Part shown: positions 36,891 through 49,550 of the stretch, piece by piece
Layout of the letters: every line of letters starts with the position of its first letter
Position numbering within the stretch: position 1 is the stretch's first letter
Origin: Eledone cirrhosa
Taxonomy: Eukaryota
NCBI GenBank assembly: GCA_964016885.1
Contig: OZ024744.1
Location: 32,798,001 to 32,862,000 of the forward strand
Direction of reading: 5' to 3'
Length of the DNA stretch: 64,000 bases
Position numbers and translations under genes: made by a program
The notes under the pieces: generated by a model
Told to the model about the DNA's origin: nothing
Databases searched by the model: none
The model's input: only the letters and a program-made list of their open reading frames with translations

Positions 36891-37253
36891 ACAGCTTTAG
36901 ATTCTGTTCCCCACTCTTGGATGATAGAGGCTCTCCAACTTGCTAAAGTCCCAGACATTATTGTCAGAGCCATAGAGAGGCTGTCTTCTTCTTGGGCTAC
37001 TATCCTAAAGTTAAAGACAGAGAGGGGGGACTTTATTTTCACTGATAAAATAAAATAATATATGTAAAACATTCCAAAACATACACATCCACACATACAA
37101 TAACATCCATATCTACACATGCATGCATGCAGACGTACATATATATCTACATAGTTGATGTTGTGTAAATTCCAATGAGAGAGTCTTGTGTCTATGTTAG
37201 AAACCGACTCTCTCTCTATTGGTAAAACATTGTGAAATTATAAAACCAGAAGA
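36891..37253 (+). mobile_element. Internally deleted R4/Dong-like copy in (CATA)n
   Basis: 36891-37055 matches 40800-41165 (without the SINE); the remainder matches the 3' end at 42700-42958. Confidence 0.8.
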
Positions 37254-37285
37254 ACATACATACATGCATACACACACACATACAT

Positions 37286-37893
37286 GGTGGCTGCCAACTC
37301 GTTTTCGAGTACGGCCACTACTTTATATCCATGTAGGAGAACCCCTACCGATGCGCTGAACGAATGTGACTTTTTAGTCTAGCCAGCAACTTGAAAACTC
37401 TGGTACAAAGACGACACTTGTGACCATTATTGACACATAGTGCAGGGCCCATGGTACCATGTGATGACAAGTGCAGAGAGATCTTCAGATATAAAGCAAT
37501 GCCTGTGCTGTGAAGCTTTTATAGTGAGAAAAGGCACTGCACAAAGCCAGTCCCACTCTCTTAACCAAGATGATATTTACCAAAAAGAAGAACAAGTCAA
37601 CATCATTGGATACGATCAGGGTTGCAGGTGTTATATCAGAGTTTTCCTTCTCCTAGAATTCTGCCTTGACAAAGACTAAGGGGTCATCTCTCCCGGTGAT
37701 TTTGGATGGCTATTGGCTCTTAAGAGCTCCCTTGACCTTTGACAGGTTTTGTTTTTAGTCCTGCAGGATGTCCAAAGTCACCCTCCTCACCAAGAAACCT
37801 TGGTGGGGTTGCCAGTTTAGTCGCCAACGACCCGACCATGAGACAGGTTGTACTGGGGTACATGTTACCAGTAGCACCAACTGGTGACCTGAC
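37286..37893 (-). mobile_element. Second copy of the 608-bp RTE-headed non-coding element
   Basis: Colinear with 16730..17337, same two ends, flanked by (CATA)n. Confidence 0.8.
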
Positions 37894-38010
37894 ATACATA
37901 CATACATACATACATACATACATACATACATACATACATACATACATACACGCACACACACACACACACATACATACATACATACATACATACATACATA
38001 CATACATACA

Positions 38011-38042
<32 letters not shown>

Positions 38043-38454
38043 GTAAGCCATTTTGTTCAGTGTCTCTCATTGGGTCTTCTGCTGGTTTGTTTTGCCTGTG
38101 AAATCTGTCCAGCGATCCTTTCCTGAGACATTCTAACCACATGCGCAATAATCATTTCAATTAAGATAATACTCTAGAAAATATCTGAAAATATAGTAGA
38201 CTCATTTAAAAGGATTTTGCATGTTTATTACGAATGGGTTTCGTTTTACTGCTTAAGAAATAAACGACCAATAGGTTTTCAACAGTCGCCCTTTATGCAG
38301 ACGTACGTACACCTATCTATATACCTATCTTTTTTATCTATTTACCAGTGTCTCATTTCTCTCTCTCGCTCTGTCTGTCTGTCCCTCTCTCTCCTTTCTC
38401 ACCCCCTCTCTCTTTGTATATATATATATATATATATATACAAAGAGAGAGGGG

Positions 38455-38493
<39 letters not shown>

Positions 38494-39780
38494 ATATGTA
38501 TATATATATGTACATATATATTTGTGTGTGTGTGTGTGTATGTATATGTATATATTATATATATATATGCATGCATGTACACATGCATGCATTTACACAT
38601 GCATGCATGTATGTGAATATGCATACACGTATGTGTATCTTTCTCTCTCTCTCTCCTTCTCTCTCTCTATATATATATACACACACACACCGGTATACCT
38701 CCCACCCACCCCACACACCCACACACATCACCACCAACAACAGAACTGTCTATTTTCGTTCTTGTTTTTTAAATATTCATGTAGATAAACAAAACGATAT
38801 GAATGCTAACTTCTATGAAAGAGAAACTTTCTTTTTCTTTTTCGGAAATGGAAATAGTTTCTGAGTTAAGGAAGCGAAAGCGGTGGTTGTATTAGGGGTG
38901 GAGTTGGTGAGAGGGGTGGGGGCGAATAAATGGTGCCTTGATTGAAAACGAGATAAAGCGATTGGAAAGGTCAACCGAAATATTTCAGATCATATGTGAC
39001 GTAATTAAATTTTCGATTTCGTTTGCCTCTCCTCACAAAAATACAACATAATCCACGTTAGATTAAGATGGCGGCACACACATACAGAAAAGCAGCGAAT
39101 AAACGTTTCTTTGTTTGTAAAATTGGTCTGAATTTAGAATTTAATTTTATTAGATACTAGACTAAGTGTCGAACATACGGAAATGCTCTTCAGGCTATGA
39201 TAGAAGAGAACCCTGTTAAATGTTTTTTCGTATTATATAGTGTTTGCTTTTTCTTTTGTTTTTGCTGAGCCCCAGGTCAGCCATATTAAAGCTCTGATTA
39301 TCGTCGAGTCCATCCCATCATATTTTGAAGTATAATATATCTAGGACAATACTATCCAACGTGACTCTCTTTTTAAAGATGTTACTGTGTAAGTTGAGGG
39401 AGATTTGGTTACTAGTTCTAACGGGTTATATGAATAGGTGAATGCTTCATAGTAGTACCAAAGACAGTCATCGTTTATGAACGCAGAGCGACCCCTTCAC
39501 GATTCGGAGTTTATCAATCGCATCGGTCGCTGTTGAACTGAAAACAGTTACTGGTTTACCTACACAATATATCGCAGTTGTTCACATTACATGTGGTTAG
39601 TATAAAAGGTGACTAGACAAATTTATATATCTAGGAGAATAATTGGATTACAAATTTCGTATGTACACGCACTCACACACACATAAACACACACACATAC
39701 ATACATACATACATACATGCATGCATGCATGCATACATACATACATAAACAAACATACATACATACATGCAAGCATACAT

Positions 39781-40155
39781 AGATCAAGGGCCCACTTGAT
39801 ATCAAAGTTGTAAGACAAATACAACAGAAGGAAGACATCTACGGACCATTGATGAGGAGTTTGCAGATCCAGTATCCAAGATACAAATCCAGCTTCATAC
39901 CCATCATTATTGGAGCTACAGGTTATATACGAACCCGGTTGGACCACAGTATAACTGAACTTGGAGTTGTGATTTGTGGACAAAGAGCGCAGCTCCCTAA
40001 TTCATAGACTACAAATAGCTGCGATAGCTGGTACCTTCAAAATTTGCAAAGCATTCTTGCGATTCAAGGGATGACAATTTCTTTTCATTTACAATCTTGC
40101 CACCAGGTAGGTGGCCGGTCAAAAATGTACACGAAATTAAGAGATAGAGAAACAA
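39781..40155 (+). mobile_element. 3' fragment of a second RLE-type LINE family
   Basis: Reads PLDIKVVRQIQQKEDIYGPLMRSLQIQYP..FIPIIIGATGYI (RLE C-terminus); (CATA)n on both sides. Confidence 0.7.
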
Positions 40156-40255
40156 ACATACATACATACATACATACATACATACATACATACATACATA
40201 CATACATACATACATACATACATACATACATACATACATACATACATACATGCAT

Positions 40256-40625
40256 ATGTTAGTAACTGCCTCAATACAAATCTTGAGAAGCTAGGCTTCA
40301 CAGGAACAGGAAGAACACAACTAGTTAGGAAATTACAAGTACAATCCATTAATGGAACAGTAAAAATATGTAAAACATTCCAAAAATGTTGCATCTAATA
40401 ACTGCAAATACACATGTACAGATACAAAGCATATACACATGCACACATACAACTCAAAACATACACATCCACACATACAATAACATCCATATCTACACAT
40501 GCAGACATACATACATATCTACCTAGTTGATGTTGTGTAAATTCAAATGAGAGAGTCTTGTGTCCATGTTAGAAAACGACTCTCTCTCTATTGGCAAACA
40601 TTTGGGAAATTATAAAACCAGAAGA
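40256..40625 (+). mobile_element. 5'-truncated R4/Dong-like 3' end
   Basis: 3' UTR matches 42700-42958 and ends AAAACCAGAAGAA followed by (CATA)n. Confidence 0.82.
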
Positions 40626-40647
40626 AGATACATACATACATACATAC

Positions 40648-42958
40648 ACTGCAACAGTAATGACATCATCACAGATGAACAAGCAGCTGGAAAGAAAAGG
40701 GTTTGGTGATGTGTTGAACAACTAATTAACAAAACTGCGATGTCGGAGTTGCAACAAATTTGGAGGAATATGGTTACAGTCTGGCTGGACTACAGGTAAG
40801 CATTTAATTCTGTTCCTCACTCTTGGATGATAGAGGCCCTCCTACGTGCTAAAGTCCCAGACATTATTATCAGATCCATTAGCGAGGGCGGTGGATGGCA
40901 GTATCTGTAGAGGGTCGGACGCCATTCTTTGCAGCAAAGAGTTACGGCCCTTGCCATTCTGAGTTCAAATCCCGCCGTGGTTAACTTTGCCTTTCATCCT
41001 TACGGGGTCTATAAAATAAAGTACCAGTAATGTACTGGGTAATTGCTGGCCTTGTGCCAAAAGTAGAACAATTATTATCAGAACCATAGAGAATCTGTCT
41101 TCCTCTAGGGCTACTATCTTAAAGTTAAAGACAGAGAAAGAGGACTCTATTTTCACTGATAAAATAGAATATCACAGGTGTATATTTCAGGGAGACAGTT
41201 TCTCAGCGCTACTATTTATCCTGTCATTAAACCCTTTTTGCTCAAGAAATGTGAGGGATATATCATTGGCTAACAGGAGGACAGAAATACGAATTTAACC
41301 CATAATTTCTTTGTGGTTGACCTGAAACTCTATACCAAGTACATGGATGGGATGAAGAAAAATCTTGGCCTAGTTACAACATTCTCAAGGGATATAGGAT
41401 TGGAGTTTGGCCAAGATAAATGCTCATATATGATTGTAAATCGAGGAAAACCTACCAACCAATCTAACAACATTTGCATCAATGATCTAACTGTTTCACC
41501 AATATCTGATGAGGACTACTACAGATACCTGGGGAAAGATAAGAACATATCCTATAATGGTATCTGTAATAAGGAACGCGTAACCAGGGAATACTACACC
41601 CGATTAAGAAAGATCTGGTCATCGGAACTCTCTGCGCACAACAAAACAGTGGCTCACAGTGGCTCACAATGTGTTTGCTGTGCCTGTCCTATCACCAACG
41701 TTTGGAATACTCAATTGGATGATAGACGAAATCCGAGCAGTTGATGTTGGAACTCGAAAATTCTAAAGAATAGCGGAAACTTCCACATCAACAGTGACAT
41801 AGACCGCCTTTACTTGAAACGTAAGCAGGGAGGCAGAGGCCTAACATCAGTCCAGACAACATTTGAATGTCGCATCATATCTCTCCGACAACATCTACGA
41901 GCCTCGAAGCGTAGGAGCCCGTTTCTCGAGCAAGTCTATCTGCATGAAACAGATAAGATCATGAGAGTTGGGAAGGAAGTCCTCGAGAGATATTCCTTGT
42001 GTGATAATCAAAAACTCACACACAGGGAAGTCACTCAGCAGTATCGCAGTGAATCCATGGATGAAAAACTGCATGCTTATCAGCAAAAAATCATGCACGG
42101 ATATGTTGCCAGGAAGCTCCAGAGGGAGAATAATATAGATAAGGAAAGTAGTCTATCTTGGACCAACAACCGCTATATTGGCTCCCACTTTGAAGGATAC
42201 GCTTTTGCAATCCAAGAACAGAAGATTAACACGAAATACCTGATTCACAAAAGAGATAGGGATGCAGGCAAAACACCTAGATGTGATAACAAGTGCAGAC
42301 TCTGCATAACTAAATAGAGGATATCACCCATGTCATCAGCAGCTGTCCAAAGATGTCATCTTGGTACTATCTCCCTATGAGGCATCGTGATCTGGCCAAA
42401 ACACTGTACAATGCAACCCGTAGAAAAGATAGCCCCGATAATAAACACATTAAATGCTACAGCAATGTGGAAGACATCCATGTACATAATATAAAACAAT
42501 ACTGGTGGAATGTTCCAGTAAAACCCCCAATAAAATGCAGGCATAACAGACCAGATATTATGATATGGGACAGGGAAAAGAAGGCATGCACAGTATTGGA
42601 AGTTAGCTGCCCAGCAGATGCCAATATAATATCAAAGATTAGCGAAAAGGAGAATATCCTTGCTCAATTAAGTACAATCTATTAATGAACCAGTAAAAAT
42701 ATTTAAAACATTCCAAAGATTCTGCATCTAATACTCCATGTACACATGTACAGATACAAAGCATATGCACATGCACACAAACAACTCTAAACATCCACAT
42801 CCACACATACAATAACATCAATATCTACACATGCATTCATACATACATATCTACCTAGTTGATGTTGTGTAAATTCCAATGAGAGAGTCTTGTGTCTATG
42901 TTAGAAACCGACTCTCTCTCTATTGGTAAAAATTGTGAAATTATAAAACCAGAAGAAC
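40648..42958 (+). mobile_element. R4/Dong-like (RLE) non-LTR retrotransposon, 5'-truncated and decayed
   Basis: IFQGDS, VDLKLY, FGQDKC, YRYLG, GGRGL, AIQEQ, CRLC, HVISSC, RHR, NRPD, LEVSCP motifs across ORFs 41313, 41814 and 42353. Confidence 0.9.
40880..41078 (+). mobile_element. Nin/Deu-type SINE nested in the R4-like element
   Basis: Target-site duplication ATTATTATCAGA(T/A)CCAT at 40863..40879 and 41072..41088. Confidence 0.9.
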
Positions 42959-43027
42959 GTACATATAGGCATACACACATAAAAAGAAAAACGAAAACAA
43001 ACATCACCAAAGAACAACACACACACA

Positions 43028-43091
<64 letters not shown>

Positions 43092-43129
43092 AAAATAACA
43101 GATTAAAGTTTAAGCAATTTTATTATTAT

Positions 43130-43164
<35 letters not shown>

Positions 43165-43219
43165 CTCTTTTACTCTTTTGCTAGTTCCAGCCATCAGGTT
43201 GAGGCCATGCTGGGACACC

Positions 43220-44330
43220 TTCCTTGTTGCTACACGTTATATCTCCAGCTTGTGTTGGCTGGCCATTGGTGTAAGGAGGAGTTCGTTGCTGCCCTTAGGT
43301 TACCTTCGTACCGTGCTGTGGGCTCACCCGGGATCCCGGATAGCAGAGCAAGATGAAAACATCCACACCATGCAAATCTCTCAAATTTATTGGCAGATTG
43401 TTGAAGTATTGAGGTCCTATTGCAATATTTGCTCCTTCTTCTAGATGAAAATGATGGTACCTTTGGCTCCACACAGTGATGTCCTGTTCGTGGGTTGGTC
43501 TTTCACTCAATGCCAAAGTTTGTCGCGAATCCCTCCAGGTTCTTCCATATGTATATCACTGCGTATCTCTGCTGCCTTCGTTCCAAGGAGTAAAGTTTCA
43601 GTTCATTTAGCCTCTTTCAGTAGCTCATCTCCTTCATCGTGGAAATCCTTCTGTAGCTTCGTTGGATTGCCTCAAGCACCGTTGTTAGTGTGTTACTATG
43701 GGGGTGACCACAGTTGGGAGGAATAGTCCAGTCGGCTTAGGATAAATGTCCTCAACCTGGTCTCTCGGCCTCTTGATCGGAAAATCTCAAGATCCCGCCA
43801 GCGAGTCGTCAACACATTGTTGCCACTCTCATGATGTGTGAGGAAAACAATGCATCGCCACTCAGGCTTATACCCAGGTTTCGTATCGATTTCGACAAGG
43901 GAATTTTGATTCCTCCTGGGATGGTGTAGCTGTGTTGTACTGTCCTCGTGTTGGCAAGTTGAAATTTTCCGGCATTAAACTGCATGATGTTGCGCTCAGC
44001 CCATCTGAATACGGCATCCAGATTTGGTTGGAAAAGGGTAGCATCAGCCGGGATCTTGATTGCCTGTGTTTAACTTTGTGTCATTTGCATAGTTAGTGAG
44101 GGGATGTTTTATGTACTACAGAGGGAATGTCAGCGAGCCACCAAAAATAGTAGTAGTCCTAAGAGTGTGCTCTGGGGCACTGCACTAGTTATTGATGTTT
44201 CCTTTGAGAGGGCCCCATTGGCTGCAACTCCTTGGATTCTGTATGTTAAGAAATTATGCAAACACTCACCTACTTTTCCAATTATGCCGGGTCAGTGTAT
44301 TTTGTGACATATTCCATGTGAGCTGTCCAG
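43220..44330 (-). pseudogene. Decayed CR1-type LINE RT fragment
   Basis: Minus strand reads NYANDTK, WAERNIMQFNAGKFQL, LDYSS in broken frames. Confidence 0.75.
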
Positions 44331-44401
44331 CAGTTGTTTCAGTACCCAGTCATAGTGTTTTAAGAGGTGAGTAAGGCAGCTTCATCCTGGAAAATGATTC
44401 C

Positions 44402-44483
<82 letters not shown>

Positions 44484-44689
44484 ATTATGTAATAAACATC
44501 ACAATATAATTATTCCATTACCCAAGGTTTCACGAAGTGAAACGTCCGTTTCGTTCATTAGATGAAATATGTAGAGCACTCTTCTTTCCTTTACCTTTTC
44601 TACGGAAATATTTAAAACACACACATATAAATATATATATATATATATATATAGACAATGTTTCTGTTGGTCCTTCCATTTACTAATAC

Positions 44690-44835
44690 TATTTATCGGT
44701 CGTAACTCCAGGTAGTAGGAGCAACATGAAATAGAGTGTCTTGCTCAAGGACATAACGCGTCGCCCGGTTCAGGAATTGAACTCACAACCTCACGATTGC
44801 GAATCCAATTCTCTAACCATTTAGCCACGTGCCTT
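44690..44835 (-). mobile_element. tRNA-derived CORE-type SINE (partial)
   Basis: A box TGGCTAAATGG, B box GTTCAATTCC, CORE-like GTCCTTGAGCAAGACACT. Confidence 0.8.
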
Positions 44836-44866
44836 CATATATATATATATATATGCACACACAGAT

Positions 44867-45062
44867 TTATATTTAGAAATGGCCTTTACAGGACTAGAAC
44901 TGTTTCATTCGAAGGAAATCATCAGACTTTCCTGATAATGTCCTTCAAATGAAACAGTTCTAGTCCTGTATAAGCTATTTCTATATATAATTTTGTTATT
45001 TACACTCTACTAAGGTATTGAGTACCTTACTTACAGTGGTTATCCTCGATTGTCCCTGGAAG
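44867..45062. mobile_element. Fold-back HHR mini-element (centre ~44928) plus tail
   Basis: Left arm on minus strand: CTGATGA-TTTCCTTCGAAT-GAAA-CAG..CTG-TA; the right arm is a decayed mirror. Confidence 0.78.
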
Positions 45063-45085
45063 TCACACACACACACACACACACA

Positions 45086-45290
45086 TATATGAAAAGATTC
45101 AGGCCCTCGACGGCTGAGCTCCGGCCGTTTCGACAGCTAGATCCGATCTGAGTTCAGATCTAGCTGTCGAAACGACCGGAGCTCAGCCGACGGGGTCCTG
45201 AATCTTTTCATATTACCAACTCTACTACCACAAGTACCATGTACTCTGGTGGGTTATGATCTAGCTGGTTTTTAGCACACCCTATCTGCT
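45086..45290. mobile_element. Fold-back mini-element related to 15933..16130
   Basis: Palindrome 45086..45212 with GAAACGGC..GCCGTC; tail ACTCTACTAC..GTACTCTGGTG shared with 16060-16130. Confidence 0.8.
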
Positions 45291-45547
45291 ATACATATAT
45301 ATCTACATACTACTAAACTCTGCGATTGCTTGCTTGCTTGTCTGTAATGTAATTCAGCCAAAAGTGCGCATAATGGAAAAGTTGACTCTGAAATGCGAAT
45401 ACAAATGGAATAAAAAAAAGTTTCGCGTTAATCAGTGCATGGGTTCCCGAGATACGGGGTTTTCCGGGTACCTTTATTAATAGAGAGTGAGAGAGAAGGA
45501 TAGAGAGAAAGCGATAGTTTTGTGAGAGAGTAGATTGAAAGAGAGAC

Positions 45548-45641
<94 letters not shown>

Positions 45642-45998
45642 TGAGAATGAAAATGGAATAGAGTGAGAGAGCTGTTGTTGAATAAAATTATAACCGGTGA
45701 CCTCAAAGAAACGAATACTACATCACAGTATCCTACTAAATAAAAGTATATATATATATATATATATATGGGCCTTCCAATTTAATTTTACATTATATAC
45801 ATGTCTGTATATTTTCATTGTTTAAATATTATTTTTAAGTGAACGTGACCCAACGGGTCTAGTATATATATATATGGTGAGTAATTATAAATATTACCCA
45901 GGCATAAGTATGAATATAGCTCGATGTAAAATAACAAGTACAATACTAAGTGTAAATGTAAATAACAATCAGAGTGTTTAATCTATCAAATATTTAAT

Positions 45999-46045
45999 AA
46001 CCGACGATCGTTTCATCCTAGCACAAGACACATTTCATCGGAGTT
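45999..46045 (-). ncRNA. Hammerhead-like motif (core CCGATGA) in a pLTR remnant with an inverted partner at ~46270-46340
   Basis: AACT-CCGATGA-..-GAAA-CGATCG-TC-GGTT; stem II pairs poorly. Confidence 0.6.
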
Positions 46046-46339
46046 TTAAAAAAAACGTTAAACACAAATATAAGATCAAAACTTTGTCATAAGAACATTT
46101 GGGGGATACATATTATGAGAGGTGAGATAAGTGCAAGCATTAATATTTATATAAGGTAGCTAGATCTGAAAACATATGAAAAATCGGAGCAGATAAAATG
46201 CAATAAAGTAAAGTAAAATACAATACTTGTGATTACAGATAAATGAAGTACAGTGAAAATTATATATAGTTGTGAAACGATCGTTAGTTATTAAATGTTT
46301 GAAAAATTAAACACTCTTTGATTATCATTTACATTGTAT

Positions 46340-46400
<61 letters not shown>

Positions 46401-47684
46401 GTGTGTGTGTGTGTCTATAAATATGATAGTTTCTTTTTACCAAATTCCGCTCATAGGCTAATTTCTCCAGTCCAGCCTCCTGTCAATTTACTCAATAATT
46501 AATTAACTCCGTTCCTGCACCACCAACAGGATTCAACACAAAAAAATGGATGAGGTGTGTTACGTCGAGTGCTTTTCTTACAATTATATCATGGTTAACT
46601 ATAAAGAATGACAAGTCCTAACCAGTGGTGAACCACTAAAGTTAAATTTATATGTATGTAACACCTCCTCTTAGTCCTTATTATATACACTCTTCTCTGC
46701 ATCGAGCACTGACCTTAGTACTCTCACCAGTCCTCTTCAGACTTACAGAACACTTTGAATGAATCATGCTCCCACCTGGGTAGAGCGCTTACAGCTGAGT
46801 ACAATGGAGGGATTTATCTGCACATCTTCTAAGGAGATACCAATACCGGAGAGCAACAATTACCAGTGTAGGATGGTACAGTACACGGACTCTTTTACCT
46901 AACGGAAGTGGTGGCATGTTTACCATTTTGACCACCCCACATACTACATCACACCTGACGCTGACCCTTCGGACCTAAAGGTTTACTTAAATCCCCCGTA
47001 GGAACCACCCTCACTGTGTACTACTGGAGAAATTTAAGGGTAGACTCTTGTATTTTGAGCCTTTTTATGATGTATGTATATGTATGTATCTGTGTGTATA
47101 TATAAATGTATGTGCATGTGTGTGTGAGGATGTGTCTGTATATATATATATATGTATGTATGTGTGTGTGTGGTGTATGCATATGTATGTACATATACAA
47201 TTTCTACGTGTAGGAGTGTGTGTGTGTGTGTGTGCGTGTGTGGAGATATTTTATGCACGTGTGTATGTGTGTGATCGTACATACGTGGATATATTTCTTT
47301 ATTTATATATTATTTTTGTTTTTGTTTTTGTTTATAACGGTTTTTCTTGTAATACTCGAGATAAGTCCGTCAGTTGTATTCTAGGCCCGTGATTGGTCAT
47401 TATATAGGCTTGTTTGTGTCTGGCTGGTTCGTCTACAGATTTGATGTGATATTTGTTGTCGTAACACTGGTCTGAGGATCAGGCAGACTTGGAGTCTCGT
47501 CTAGGATACCTTCAAGATCACAAGCCGGCTGCTTGAGAAACATTTGTAACCAGGATTGAGCAATAAATCTCCTATGTGACACCCCCACTTTGTTCTTATG
47601 ATAAACACTCTGCATCGAGTGTCGAGTGTGCTGACATTGGTATTCTCACCAGTTTTCTTAGGACTTACTAGACCTTTTGCACGT

Positions 47685-47741
<57 letters not shown>

Positions 47742-47861
47742 AGGGTTGCAGTTAAATGCGTCCGTAGGCAGTATGCCGTTTGTGCACTCGATGCTCGCGC
47801 AGAGCAGAGTATATTATCATAAAGAACGAGGAAGCAGTGCTGCATCAAATCACAATTTATT

Positions 47862-47954
47862 AACATATTACATATGTTTCTCTGCCGATCAGCTTGAAGT
47901 AAGATCTGTTACAGATCGAACCGACTCTGCATTCGAAGGGTCTTCAGATATGTT
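47862..47954 (-). ncRNA. Type I hammerhead with extended stem II
   Basis: AACATAT-CTGAAGA-(60 nt including GATCTG/CAGATC hairpin)-GAAA-CATATG-TA-ATATGTT. Confidence 0.78.
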
Positions 47955-48424
47955 TTGTTTATAATATATATATATATATTAGTTTAAAGATAACATGTTT
48001 GAGAATATCAGAAGCATGCGCCATACCATATGTGGAATAAGCTCAAAGATTCCTTGTAGTAATTGCAAGGTGTCTATATTCAAGGTTCTTGTTTATTCTT
48101 AATATGCTACCTCTGTAACCATGTGTGTTTACATTCTTTACAAACTATCCCCTATAATTGTTTGATATGTTTATTTTACATATATATGTCATTGGACTTT
48201 TAATTTAATGTTAATAAATGCTCGTATTTATTACTTCGAATTTTTGAGCTTATTCCACAGGTGGTATGGCGCATGCTTCTGATCTTCTCAGACATGGCAT
48301 CTTTAATAAAATTTTGGTAGTGTATATATATATATTAAAATAACAGATTAAAGTTTAAGCAAAGAATCGATGCTTTCACCCTTAACGGGATCTTCTTTGC
48401 ATTTTAGTCTTCACATTTATTATT

Positions 48425-48503
<79 letters not shown>

Positions 48504-49191
48504 TGTATATATAGTGCATTTTGCAATACACTGTATGCTTAATTAAAAGCATTTCGAAGACCTTATGCTATTGTTTTAGAGTAGTGACAGTCTCACTTAC
48601 TTTAAATGTTCAGAAAAGAGGGGATATATATATATATATACAAATGGAAGTTCAGTAAAATCGAAGCACTGGCTGTGGCCAAGCTAACGATATGCAATCC
48701 GGAATGTGCAAAAAAGCATTCGATAAGGTAGTGTCACCTTAGAGTAATAACACACGTTTTGAAAGCTTGACAAATTGAATACTGCGACCGCTGAGCCAAC
48801 CACAAGGACCAACGCAACGAGAAAACCAACTCAGGATAATTTGACAAACCTGCATATATATATATATATAACGAAGGAAATGTGGTAAGGAACCAGGTGG
48901 ACCATAACGCACCAAAGTATTCAATACTTGAGGTAGTAGAGTGGGTAATAGGAACCAGTAAGACCCCGACAGCAGTAAGTCTCAGACCAGCGTCTTAAAT
49001 TTCCAATGGAAATTTAAGACGCTGGTCTGAGACTTTTACTTCCCTCCGAAGAAGAGATATTATCTCGAAAATTAAGGACATTTAAATAAATTCAAGGTGA
49101 AAGACGAATTCTCATCAATATCTCTCACTATTGCATTCTTTTTTCTATGTCCATATCTGCATTGTCTTGGCCTTATTACACATATTCTAAC

Positions 49192-49532
<341 letters not shown>

Positions 49533-49550
49533 CTATATATATATATATAT

